64,000 bases of DNA from Patescibacteria group bacterium (lineage in GTDB: Bacteria; Patescibacteriota; Patescibacteriia; Patescibacteriales; UBA12465): contig JBMNFV010000001.1 in the NCBI GenBank assembly GCA_050949505.1, forward strand, positions 573,644 through 637,643. Direction: 5' to 3'. The notes below the pieces were generated by a model. It worked only from the letters and a program-made list of their open reading frames with translations, searched no databases and was not told the DNA's origin. The translations under genes and the position numbers were made by a program. This document shows, piece after piece, positions 44,467 to 52,989 of this stretch. Numbering within the stretch: the stretch's first letter is position 1; each line of letters opens with the position of its first letter.

Positions 44467-46044
44467 ATGCCTAAATTATCACTTAAACTGATTCTTTTGC
44501 TCGCTATCTTTCTGCTTAGCCCTAAGTTTAGCTTAGCGCAAACAAACATTGATCCCAATTTCAACCCTAACCGAGTCCTGGAAGACAGTCAATTACTAAA
44601 TGTTAATAGTTTCTCTTTAGCCCAAATTCAAGATTTTCTAATGAGCCGAAATAGCTACCTTGCTCAGTATTACACTGAAAATGCTTACGGAGTAGTTAAG
44701 TCCGCTGCCGAAATTATCTACGAAGCCGCCACTAGAAATTATGATATTTCCTTAGACTCTAAAACTGGAGTCTATAAATGTGATGGCCAGACTATTTTAG
44801 GAGAAACCTTAATTGAATCAGAGATTGTTGCTAAGTGTAAGCAAATTACCACGGTTAGTCCTCAGTTCCTGTTAGTACTTCTCCAAAAAGAATCTAGTGT
44901 AGTAGAGATGGCTAATCCGCCACAAACCAGACTAGACTTCGCCACCGGCTATATGATCTATGATGGCATGCGTGTCTGCTCTCCTTATGACCCCTGCTAC
45001 CGCTACAAAGGTTTTGGCAAACAAGTTAACAGTGCCGCCCTACAGTTTAGAGCCTATCTATTAGAGCCCAATCGCTATACCTATAAACTCGGCGGAACTT
45101 ATAATTTTAAAAATCACTTGGGAAATATTTCCCAAGAACCCTTAGTGGTTACCCCCGAAACTCAAGCTACCGCCGCTCTGTATAACTACACTCCTCATGT
45201 TTTTGATAGCGCTTATAACGCTTTTAGAATTTGGCAGCGCTTCTTTCCTAATGCTATTGCTCCCCCCACCGGCTCGGGGGTAAAGATGCCTGACCCTGTC
45301 TCTAGACTTTATCCTGATGGCTCCCTATTAAAACTAGCTGATGACCCTGGCATCTGGTTAATAGAACAAGGCAAAAAGCGCCCCTTCTTAAATTACGCCT
45401 CCTTTGTCTCTCGTTTTATTCCCGAGCAAATAGTTATTAGTACCGCTAGTGAATTAGCTAAGTATGAAACCGGAACGGCTATTCGCTTCCCTAACTATTC
45501 CTTAGTCCAAACTCCTGATAAGCAAATTTATTTATTAGTGGATAATAAAAAACGACCCTTTGCTAATGAAGCGGCCTTTAAGAGCTTTGGCTTTAATCCG
45601 GCTGAACTAGAGCCAGCTAGCTTAGAAGACTTAGCGATGTATCAAGAAGGTGATCCAATTACCGCTAACTCTACCAATATTACCGGCGCTCTCTGGCAAG
45701 ATAATCGTTCTGGGGGAGTATACTATATTGAAAATAACACTAAGTCACCCTTGCTAGACAAGTCTCTTCTGACCACTAAGTTCAAAGGTTTGAAAATAAA
45801 GTCCGTTAGTCCGGCTGAGTTAGCTAAATATGAAACCATTGACCCGGTCCTCCTACCTGATGGCACCCTAGTCAAAACTGACGCCTTTCCCACTGTTTAT
45901 CTAATCTCTAATGGCCTCAAGCGACCCTTTGCTAATGACCTAGTTTTCACCGGCTTAGGCTACCGCTATCAAAATGTAATCACCGTTCCTTCTTCCTTCT
46001 TGTACCATTACAATATGGGTGAACAAATTAAAGACTTAAATTAA
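44467..46044 (+). CDS. Secreted protein with four C-terminal ~55-aa repeats, function unknown
   Basis: 525-aa ORF. Signal peptide (FSLAQT), an N-terminal domain containing SPQFLLVLLQKESS, then four repeats with the core G.(I/V)(W/Y)LI..G.KRPF.N...F (aa ~283-516). Confidence 0.5.
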   Translation: MPKLSLKLILLLAIFLLSPKFSLAQTNIDPNFNPNRVLEDSQLLNVNSFSLAQIQDFLMSRNSYLAQYYTENAYGVVKSAAEIIYEAATRNYDISLDSKTGVYKCDGQTILGETLIESEIVAKCKQITTVSPQFLLVLLQKESSVVEMANPPQTRLDFATGYMIYDGMRVCSPYDPCYRYKGFGKQVNSAALQFRAYLLEPNRYTYKLGGTYNFKNHLGNISQEPLVVTPETQATAALYNYTPHVFDSAYNAFRIWQRFFPNAIAPPTGSGVKMPDPVSRLYPDGSLLKLADDPGIWLIEQGKKRPFLNYASFVSRFIPEQIVISTASELAKYETGTAIRFPNYSLVQTPDKQIYLLVDNKKRPFANEAAFKSFGFNPAELEPASLEDLAMYQEGDPITANSTNITGALWQDNRSGGVYYIENNTKSPLLDKSLLTTKFKGLKIKSVSPAELAKYETIDPVLLPDGTLVKTDAFPTVYLISNGLKRPFANDLVFTGLGYRYQNVITVPSSFLYHYNMGEQIKDLN

Positions 46045-46047
46045 TTT

Positions 46048-46878
46048 ATGCCCCTATTAAAAGCTTCCATCTTACCTCACTCCCCTCTATTAATTCCTGA
46101 AATTGGCAAAGCCAATACCGCTCGGTTAGACAGAACTCAATTAGCTTACCAACAAATTGCCGAGCAACTTAAGTTCCTAGGAGTGGATACTGTAATTATT
46201 ATTAGCCCTCACCAATTAACTACCGATAATCTTATTACCATTAACGTGTCTCCTGAATTAGAACTTAACTTCCAGGACTTCGGTTTAATTAACAAAAAAA
46301 CCATTCTCCCAGGAGACAGTCTCTTGGCCGATAAGCTCTATTCCGAACTTAAATCTAATCAATCTATTGGCCTAATTTCCCATAGCCTCCTAGACCATGG
46401 TAGCGCTGTTCCCGCCTATATATTAAAATCCCTAGACCTAGACTTTAAGCTAGTCTCTATCACCCTTAACCAATCCTTGCCCCTAAAGGATGCTCTCGCT
46501 CTAGGAGAAAGCCTGGCTAAGCCTTTAAGGCTAAGCAATAAGCGGGTGGCGATCATTGCTTCTTGTGGCTTATCTCACCGTTTGGAAAAAAAATCCCCCG
46601 GTGGCTATTCTCCCAAAGGGGCTAAATTTGATAATAAATTAATTGAATACTTAAATAATCCAGAGCAAGCAATTGAGAATATTTTGAATCTGGACCCCCA
46701 CTTAATCGCTGAGGCCGGTGAATGTGGCCTGCTTCCCATCATAACCTTGCTGGGAGCAATTACTGACTTAAAGCCTAAGGCTGATACTTTAGCCTATCAA
46801 ACTAATTTTGGAGTTGGCTATTTAAGTTTAGATTTCATCTTTCCCGCGCAACTTGAAACTTCTAAATCCCATGAGTAA
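46048..46878 (+). CDS. LigB-family (class III extradiol dioxygenase / Memo-like) protein
   Basis: 276-aa ORF. ILPHSPLLIPE start, IIISPHQ and LLDHGSAVP motifs typical of the LigB/AmmeMemoRadiSam-B fold. Confidence 0.6.
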   Translation: MPLLKASILPHSPLLIPEIGKANTARLDRTQLAYQQIAEQLKFLGVDTVIIISPHQLTTDNLITINVSPELELNFQDFGLINKKTILPGDSLLADKLYSELKSNQSIGLISHSLLDHGSAVPAYILKSLDLDFKLVSITLNQSLPLKDALALGESLAKPLRLSNKRVAIIASCGLSHRLEKKSPGGYSPKGAKFDNKLIEYLNNPEQAIENILNLDPHLIAEAGECGLLPIITLLGAITDLKPKADTLAYQTNFGVGYLSLDFIFPAQLETSKSHE

Positions 46879-47164
46879 GTCTGATTCTAAAACTAATCCA
46901 CCAGCTAATAATAACTTCTCTTCAATTGCTGATGTTTTTAAAGGCAAACCGAAAGTTAAGCCTCCCGCTTATCCCTGGCAAGAGCTAGCCCTGCAGGTAA
47001 TTAAAGAATTAAATATTCCCAACTTTAAGCGCAGTGCGGTGTTTAAGGTTTGCCGAGACCTGCCTCGCCAGCAAATCCTCATTGCTCTAAATGATACTAA
47101 AGAATTAGCCACTCCTGGCTCAGCTTGGCGCTATTTCTTTAAAATTGTTGAGCAAAGAAAATAA
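46871..47164 (+). CDS. Small basic hypothetical protein
   Basis: 97 aa from the ATG at 46871, which overlaps the previous stop by 8 nt. No recognisable motif. Confidence 0.4.
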   Translation: MSKSDSKTNPPANNNFSSIADVFKGKPKVKPPAYPWQELALQVIKELNIPNFKRSAVFKVCRDLPRQQILIALNDTKELATPGSAWRYFFKIVEQRK

Positions 47165-47168
47165 TTAT

Positions 47169-47669
47169 ATGGCTAAAGAACTAAAAATTCTCAATCATCC
47201 TCATCCCCTTCTCAGAAAAATGTCCGTTCCGGTAGACTTGGCTGATTTGAAGAATCCAAAATTTAAAACTTTTTTCCCAGACTTAATAGCCACAATGTTA
47301 GCCAAAGATGGCTTAGGGATAGCCGCTCCTCAGGTAGGGGAAAATATCCGGGTGTTTGCTATGGTTTATCAAACTAAACCAATTATTCTCATTAACCCCA
47401 TAATTACCAAACGCTCCTGGGCTAAGGTAATAGATGATGAGGGCTGCTTATCAGTTTTAGACGAAGCTGGTAATTTCATTTACGGGCCAGTAGAACGTCA
47501 TCGCCGCATCAACTGCCTCTACTACAATGAGCAAGGAGATAAAAAAAAGCTAGTCCTTGAGGACCTAGCGGCGCGAGTCGTTCAACATGAAATTGATCAT
47601 TTAGACGGAATTCTTTTTCTTGATCGCTTGGTAGATAAACCAACTGACCCACAGTCCTCCCAAAGCTAA
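47169..47669 (+). CDS. def: Peptide deformylase
   Basis: 166 aa from the ATG at 47169. GIAAPQVG, EGCLS and HEIDHLDG motifs. Confidence 0.88.
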   Translation: MAKELKILNHPHPLLRKMSVPVDLADLKNPKFKTFFPDLIATMLAKDGLGIAAPQVGENIRVFAMVYQTKPIILINPIITKRSWAKVIDDEGCLSVLDEAGNFIYGPVERHRRINCLYYNEQGDKKKLVLEDLAARVVQHEIDHLDGILFLDRLVDKPTDPQSSQS

Positions 47670-48224
47670 CAGGCCATATTTAATCTCTTGATAATATAGA
47701 TGCAAGAGCGCTCGGTTAGCACCAATGAAGTAGCCTAGGGCGGCTAAAATGGAGACCCAAATAAAGGCTCCTAAGGTAGTGTGGATAATAAACTTCCCTA
47801 AGGGCATTTTAGAAAAGCCAGCGGGTAAGGAAATTAACTGACGAATAACCGGAATTAAACGACCAATAAAAGTCGCTGAAGAGGAGTTTTTTAGAAAATA
47901 TTTTTCGGCCTTAGCTACCTTAGCCTGGTCTATTAACAGAAACTTCGCCCAAGAATGACCGGCTAATTTATAAATTAAAGGCCGGCCTAAATAATAGGCG
48001 AAATAGTAATTAAAAATTGCCCCGACTAAACTACCAAGTACGCCAAAGAGAACAATTAGAAAAATATTCATTTCTCCTTGGCTGGCTAAATAAGCGGCGG
48101 GAGGAATGATAATCTCTGAGGGCATGGGAATAAAGGAGCTTTCAATTGCCATTAAAATCCCCACCCCTCCATAGCCTAGTCCTTGAGTAATCTTCAATAA
48201 AAAATCAAAAAAAACTTTAAACAT
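47601..48224 (-). CDS. DedA-family membrane protein
   Basis: 207-aa ORF with DedA/SNARE-associated signature regions (ESSFIPMPSE, GRLIPVIRQLISLPAG). Confidence 0.8.
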   Translation of the reverse strand: MFKVFFDFLLKITQGLGYGGVGILMAIESSFIPMPSEIIIPPAAYLASQGEMNIFLIVLFGVLGSLVGAIFNYYFAYYLGRPLIYKLAGHSWAKFLLIDQAKVAKAEKYFLKNSSSATFIGRLIPVIRQLISLPAGFSKMPLGKFIIHTTLGAFIWVSILAALGYFIGANRALLHLYYQEIKYGLLALGGLWVSWFIYQAIKKKNSV

Positions 48225-48251
48225 AATTTAAATATAGCACAACAAGCAACT

Positions 48252-49193
48252 ATGTCTAGTCAGTTAAAGAAAAAATTACGCCTGATCTTTATGGGCACCC
48301 CAGCCTTTGCCCTGCCTAGTCTGCAGGCCCTAGCTAGTCATCAAGACTTTGAACTAGTCGCTGTCTTCACTCAACCAGACAGGCCGGCTGGTCGCGGACA
48401 GGCCTTGAGTTTTTCACCAGTTAAGCAGTTAGCCCTAGAGCTTAATCTGCCTATTTATCAACCCCTTAAACTAACTGACTCTAGTCAATTAATCGCTGAC
48501 CTTAAACCTGATTTAATAGTAGTTGTTGCTTATGGACTAATTATTCCTCCCGACATCTTGGCTATCCCTCCTCAGGGCTGCCTTAATGTGCATGCTTCCC
48601 TGCTACCTAAATATCGCGGGGCAGCCTGTTTAAGTGCTCCCCTTCTTAATGGCGATCAGACAACTGGAGTCACTATTATGCTAATGGATAAGGGCTTAGA
48701 CACTGGTCCTATATTAAGGCAAGCAGAGGTCCCACTTAGCGACCATGAAACTACTCCCTCCTTACATGACAAGTTGTCCTTATTAGGAGCTAAACTACTC
48801 CCGGAAACTATTTTAGACTGGGTACAGAAAAAGATTGAGCCTCAAAATCAGACTAACTCTTTGTCTAGTTATGTAGGAATGATAAAAAAGCGTGATGGCC
48901 TAATTGATTGGCAAAAGCCTGCTTTAATGATAGAGCGGGAAATTAGGGCCTATCAAGGCTGGCCCAGTTCCTACTCCTATTATCAAGGTCAACTAATTAA
49001 AATACTAGCAGTTGACAAAAAACCAATAAACCTTAATAATTATAAGGCTGGTCAATTATTTTCCCACCAGCAACAACTTGCCGTGCAAACTGGTAGCCAA
49101 GCTTTAATGATCACTAAACTACAATTAGCTGGCAAAAGAGCTTTAACTGGCCAAGAGTTCTTACGTGGTTATCAGTTAGCTATTTTAACTTAA
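48252..49193 (+). CDS. fmt: Methionyl-tRNA formyltransferase
   Basis: 313-aa ORF. IFMGTPAFA start and NVHASLLPKYRGAA motif. Genomic neighbour of def. Confidence 0.9.
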   Translation: MSSQLKKKLRLIFMGTPAFALPSLQALASHQDFELVAVFTQPDRPAGRGQALSFSPVKQLALELNLPIYQPLKLTDSSQLIADLKPDLIVVVAYGLIIPPDILAIPPQGCLNVHASLLPKYRGAACLSAPLLNGDQTTGVTIMLMDKGLDTGPILRQAEVPLSDHETTPSLHDKLSLLGAKLLPETILDWVQKKIEPQNQTNSLSSYVGMIKKRDGLIDWQKPALMIEREIRAYQGWPSSYSYYQGQLIKILAVDKKPINLNNYKAGQLFSHQQQLAVQTGSQALMITKLQLAGKRALTGQEFLRGYQLAILT

Positions 49194-49194
49194 A

Positions 49195-49266
49195 GGTCCC
49201 TTCGTCTAGTGGTTAGGACATCAGGTTCTCATCCTGAAAACAGGAGTTCGATTCTCCTAGGGACTA
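49195..49266 (+). tRNA. tRNA-Glu (anticodon CTC)
   Basis: GGTCCCTTCGTCTAGTGGTTAGGACATCAGGTTCTCATCCTGAAAACAGGAGTTCGATTCTCCTAGGGACTA. Anticodon loop TTCTCAT. Starts 2 nt after the fmt stop. Confidence 0.9.
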
Positions 49267-49272
49267 CAAGAA

Positions 49273-49301
49273 AAGAACTAGGGTTAACTAGTTCTTTTTT
49301 T
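49273..49301 (+). terminator. Rho-independent terminator after tRNA-Glu
   Basis: AAGAACTAG-GGTTAA-CTAGTTCTT followed by T6. Confidence 0.6.
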
Positions 49302-49352
49302 AAATAAACTAACCGCTGCTATCTCTATGTAGTTAACAATTAAAATTCTTAC

Positions 49353-50807
49353 TTACTTCAACTGACTTAAGTCTAGCTCTTCAGTAATTTTAATTTGCTC
49401 TACAAACTCTGTCATGTGACTAACCATAATTACCCCACCAGCAAAATTATTAATCGCCTCGGCAATTACTGGTAAGTGCCTAAAGTTAATATGATTAGTG
49501 GGTTCGTCTAAAATAAGTAGCCCTGGCTCCATTAGCACCAAGCTGGCTAGGGTAAGCAGACCTTTTTGACCTTCAGATAGGTCACCAATTTTTTGATTCA
49601 TCAGCTCACCAGTAATTAGAAAGCCCGCTGCAATAGAGCGCATACTGGGCTCATCATGCCCATCAGCCATCACTGACATTAAAAAATCAAATACTCGCTC
49701 TTCTAAATTAAGGGTGGAAAAATCTTGACTATAATAACCAACCTTAACTCCGGGGCTAATCTTTTGCCCCTCAGTATTGTTTGCTACTAAAGACCTAAGA
49801 AAAGTGGACTTACCAATTCCATTAGGACCAGTGACTAAAATCTTGTCTTTCTTGCGAATAGATTTATCTACCTTTTTCAGAATTGGTTCATGATTGATAA
49901 TAACTTTTATCTGCTTCACTTGTGCTAATTCACCGCTAATTTCTGGTAGAGGAATTTCAAAGGGTCTAATGGTTCGGTCTTCGCGTCTAACCTCTACCAA
50001 ACTTTCTTCTAGCTCTTCTGTTTCTTCCTTTAATTTCTTGGCCAACTTTCTCATTTTCCCTCCCTTGTGAGCAAAGAAATTAACCTTCTCTTTGCGATCA
50101 AGAATTTGCTTTTCTAGTTGAGCATTCTCCCGACGCTCCTTTTCCACTCGTCGGTTAATCTCCTCTACTACAGAAAAGTAGTCACCAACATACATCTCTG
50201 TCTGGTGAGTATGATTATTGAGATAAATAACTCCCTCCGTGAAACAATTTAAAAAGTCGGCATCATGAGATATCACTAAAACTGTTTTATCATACATGAT
50301 TAAAAAGGTAATCAAGTGGTCAATTCCCGCTTGGTCTAAATTATTAGTTGGCTCATCTAAGAGCAGAATATCCGGACTTTGAATTAGGGCATAGGCTAGT
50401 AGTAGTCTAGCTTGCTGTCCACCTGACAAGTCGCCCACTAGCTTATCATAGGCAACCTCAAAATTAACTGCCTCTAAAACTTTAGCTATTTGGCTTTTTA
50501 AATTGCCTGGCACCTCATTAAAGGCGGTAGCAAAATACTCTTCAATTGTTAGGGGAAAATATTCTCTAGCCATAACCTGCTTAGCATAGCCAATACTCGC
50601 TCCACCGGTAATAGAAATTTGTCCACTCTTGGGAGTTAACTCTCCTCTAATTAGATTGAAAATAGTGCTTTTGCCGGCCCCATTTTGACCCATTAAGGTT
50701 ATTTTCGCTCCTCGTCTCACTAAAAAATTAGCCTCAGACAATACCGGCTTTTTAGGAACATATTCAAATTTAACCTCAGCAAAGCGCAAAATTACTTCTT
50801 CTGCCAT
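49353..50807 (-). CDS. ABC-F family ATPase (two ABC cassettes, no TM domain)
   Basis: 484-aa ORF. GQNGAGKST/LSGGQ/LLLDEPTN and GPNGIGKST/LSEGQ/LILDEPTN separated by a charged linker. Confidence 0.85.
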   Translation of the reverse strand: MAEEVILRFAEVKFEYVPKKPVLSEANFLVRRGAKITLMGQNGAGKSTIFNLIRGELTPKSGQISITGGASIGYAKQVMAREYFPLTIEEYFATAFNEVPGNLKSQIAKVLEAVNFEVAYDKLVGDLSGGQQARLLLAYALIQSPDILLLDEPTNNLDQAGIDHLITFLIMYDKTVLVISHDADFLNCFTEGVIYLNNHTHQTEMYVGDYFSVVEEINRRVEKERRENAQLEKQILDRKEKVNFFAHKGGKMRKLAKKLKEETEELEESLVEVRREDRTIRPFEIPLPEISGELAQVKQIKVIINHEPILKKVDKSIRKKDKILVTGPNGIGKSTFLRSLVANNTEGQKISPGVKVGYYSQDFSTLNLEERVFDFLMSVMADGHDEPSMRSIAAGFLITGELMNQKIGDLSEGQKGLLTLASLVLMEPGLLILDEPTNHINFRHLPVIAEAINNFAGGVIMVSHMTEFVEQIKITEELDLSQLK

Positions 50808-50920
50808 AAAATCTTTTATTTATCTTTGATTACCCCCTTAGCCTAGCAAAAAACTTAAAAAAAATCCAGTCTAACCGACCACCTGTCCCTTCTTATCATC
50901 AATATTTATTAGGCTATTTA

Positions 50921-50953
50921 GAAAAATAAAAAGTGACTTATTATAAGTCACTT
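50921..50953 (-). terminator. Terminator of orphan gene 50948-51370
   Basis: Perfect 10-bp hairpin AAGTGACTTA-TTA-TAAGTCACTT that includes the stop codon. The minus strand continues TTTTTATTTTT. Confidence 0.5.
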
Positions 50954-51370
50954 AAAATTTATAGTTTTCCGCGTCACCTTCCAGATGGCGCGTATCACCT
51001 TCTTGTCCCCTACCTGTCCTGGCATTCGCCAAGGACTGAGGCTAATGGCCGATAAGCCTTGACCACCAAGTCTTTTAAAGAAGCAATCTCGGCACAAGGC
51101 TATTTCCTCTAAGTGACAACTGCCCCCGAAGAATCTCACTGGAGTCACTTCGGCTGGACCGAGGCAACACTGACACTTAGTGTCTGCGACCGCCTGATCT
51201 ACTCTAGCCACCAAGCTTATTAAGCTACGGTGAAGTTGATTGGGGCTCTTTGGATTAGCCCCTTTTGTCTCTAAATTGTATTTTAGAGCAAGAAAGTCAT
51301 TTATCTGGTACTTCAACATCCAGGATAATGACTTGCCAGCATGTTTGCCGGATTTAAGGATATATTCCAT
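50948..51370 (-). CDS. Orphan Cys-rich (zinc-ribbon-like) protein, GC-richer than its surroundings
   Basis: 140-aa ORF. CQCC..x16..CH..x7..CRDC cysteine pattern. It has its own SD (GGGGAGAG), an upstream 18-nt motif and its own terminator, and looks clearly more GC-rich by eye than the flanks. Confidence 0.45.
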   Translation of the reverse strand: MEYILKSGKHAGKSLSWMLKYQINDFLALKYNLETKGANPKSPNQLHRSLISLVARVDQAVADTKCQCCLGPAEVTPVRFFGGSCHLEEIALCRDCFFKRLGGQGLSAISLSPWRMPGQVGDKKVIRAIWKVTRKTINFK

Positions 51371-51420
51371 TTTCTCTCCCCTAGCTTACCCCACTACTGG
51401 TCTCACTAGAGGTCTCCTTT

Positions 51421-51438
51421 TTTAATTGTTAAATAACT
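51421..51438 (-). promoter_or_regulatory. 18-nt motif AGTTATTTAACAATTAAA (minus strand), copy 2
   Basis: The plus strand reads TTTAATTGTTAAATAACT, identical to 20321-20338. It ends 50 nt upstream of the orphan ATG at 51370. Confidence 0.35.
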
Positions 51439-52042
51439 TATTTTAAATCTAAATACTCTAGCATAGATATAGAAAAATGTCAATTGTCTCAACCTACATT
51501 CTGCTCCCAATCTTAGTTTTTACAGAGACATTTTTGCTTAGTGTAATAATTATCTAGCTAATAATTAGCTATCCAACTAGAGTCTTGTTGGCATCACTTT
51601 AAAGTAATTTGAATTAGTGTATTGATTTTAATAATCTCAAGCTTTTTCAGGTATCTCTTGTCTGATTTTTCTGGTTCAGGGATATATTTTTTCTATTATT
51701 TTTTTATCACCGACAGATAATTTTTCAACATGAAGATCGTGTCCGTTTTTAAATGATTTCTAACCCACGCTTTTTCTTTTATCGCTTTATCAATAACATT
51801 TTTCTGTTGATATTTATATTATAGGCAATATAAAAAAATATTATCAATAATTATGTAAAGAAACCTTTACATTAAACTTAATGATAATTGAGAGAATCAA
51901 ATCGGTATCCAATTTTTTAGCTAATTTTTTCAGTTAAATACAGCCAGGACCCATCATTGGAAGCCAAATTAGAAGCTGCTATTTCTACCTTGGGAACTGC
52001 CCCTCTCTGCTCATTTTTTAGCTCAAATTTCATAATATAAAA

Positions 52043-52070
52043 AATATATTGACCCTTGGTTCAATATATT
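52043..52070. repeat. Perfect 10-bp inverted repeat with 8-nt spacer
   Basis: AATATATTGA-CCCTTGGT-TCAATATATT, located between the tRNA-Ser 3' end and a 38-codon mini-ORF. Confidence 0.6.
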
Positions 52071-52108
52071 TAATGATAATATCAGTTTTTTAACTTGCTA
52101 ACTACTAG

Positions 52109-52193
52109 CGGAGAGTAAGGGATTCGAACCCTTGATACCTTGCGGTATACTCGCTTTCCAAGCGAGCGCACTAGACCACTATGCGAACTCTCC
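52109..52193 (-). tRNA. tRNA-Ser (anticodon GGA), long variable arm
   Basis: Minus strand: GGAGAGTTCGCATAGTGGTCTAGTGCGCTCGCTTGGAAAGCGAGTATACCGCAAGGTATCAAGGGTTCGAATCCCTTACTCTCCG. Anticodon loop TTGGAAA. Confidence 0.9.
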
Positions 52194-52224
52194 TGTATGG
52201 GCCTTAAAGGCCCAATCTTTTTTA

Positions 52225-52950
52225 TTACTCTAACTCCCCCAACTTTCTTTCTACTAAGGAAAACAATCCCTCCACTTGAGTCCCACTAGAGTCCTCATAG
52301 TCATCATAGGGTCTCGCCCCAATGATTAGTTCCTCGCCAATAAACATAGTTGGCGCTCCTAAAATATTGCTTTCTGCTAGGGCTAGTACTAGTTCATCTA
52401 ATTTTTCATATTTTTCTAAATCAGTCAAGCAGTTAGCAAAATCTCGCTCTTTTAACTTTAGCGCTTGCCCATACTCCACACTATTATTAACACTTAAACT
52501 CTGATCTCTGGTAGCGGCTAATAACAGTTCTCGCATTTCTTGCCATTTGCCCTGCTCTTTAGCGCATTCTAGCATTAAATAACTATCCCGAGAATTAATA
52601 TTTTCCTTAATCACAAAGGGACGCACTACTAGGGCGACCTCTTTCTTATGGGCCTGATAAACCTTATCTAAAGACTCGGCTAGCTCAGCACTAAAAATAT
52701 TAGCAACATCCTCATAAACGAATATTGGCAAACTGGCCTTCTGGCTACCAATCACCTGATCTTCTTTAGTAATCACTAGCTCATTGTCCGTCTGATATGA
52801 CTGCTTATTAGCCCCCGCTAGCTTTTCTCCCGACTTTATCTCTGGTGAGTTTAATTGTCCTTTAAGCAACAAAGCCACTACTAGAATTACTCCTACCAAG
52901 ACTAGGCCACTAATTATTACTATTTTTTTATTCTTCATATTATTAATCAT
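52225..52950 (-). CDS. Membrane-anchored DsbA-like thioredoxin-fold protein lacking the CxxC motif
   Basis: 241-aa ORF. N-terminal TM helix and a DsbA-like layout with the cis-Pro loop GAPTMFIG. The position of the active-site CxxC reads YEDVANIFSAEL. Confidence 0.55.
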   Translation of the reverse strand: MINNMKNKKIVIISGLVLVGVILVVALLLKGQLNSPEIKSGEKLAGANKQSYQTDNELVITKEDQVIGSQKASLPIFVYEDVANIFSAELAESLDKVYQAHKKEVALVVRPFVIKENINSRDSYLMLECAKEQGKWQEMRELLLAATRDQSLSVNNSVEYGQALKLKERDFANCLTDLEKYEKLDELVLALAESNILGAPTMFIGEELIIGARPYDDYEDSSGTQVEGLFSLVERKLGELE

Positions 52951-52989
52951 TAATGAAAATAAATTTAACTGACTAGCTTAATAATAACA

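Noticed and set aside
52049-52062. Possible att-like direct repeat of the tRNA-Ser T-arm (shared ACCCTTG)
   Set aside because: Only 7 identical nucleotides are shared, far too short to support an integration-site duplication.
52199-52223. Hairpin GGGCC-TTAAA-GGCCC between the DsbA-like stop and tRNA-Ser
   Set aside because: The T-run lies on the plus-strand side, where no gene ends. On the minus strand the hairpin has no T-tail and would sit between co-oriented genes. Its role (processing site versus terminator) cannot be decided.
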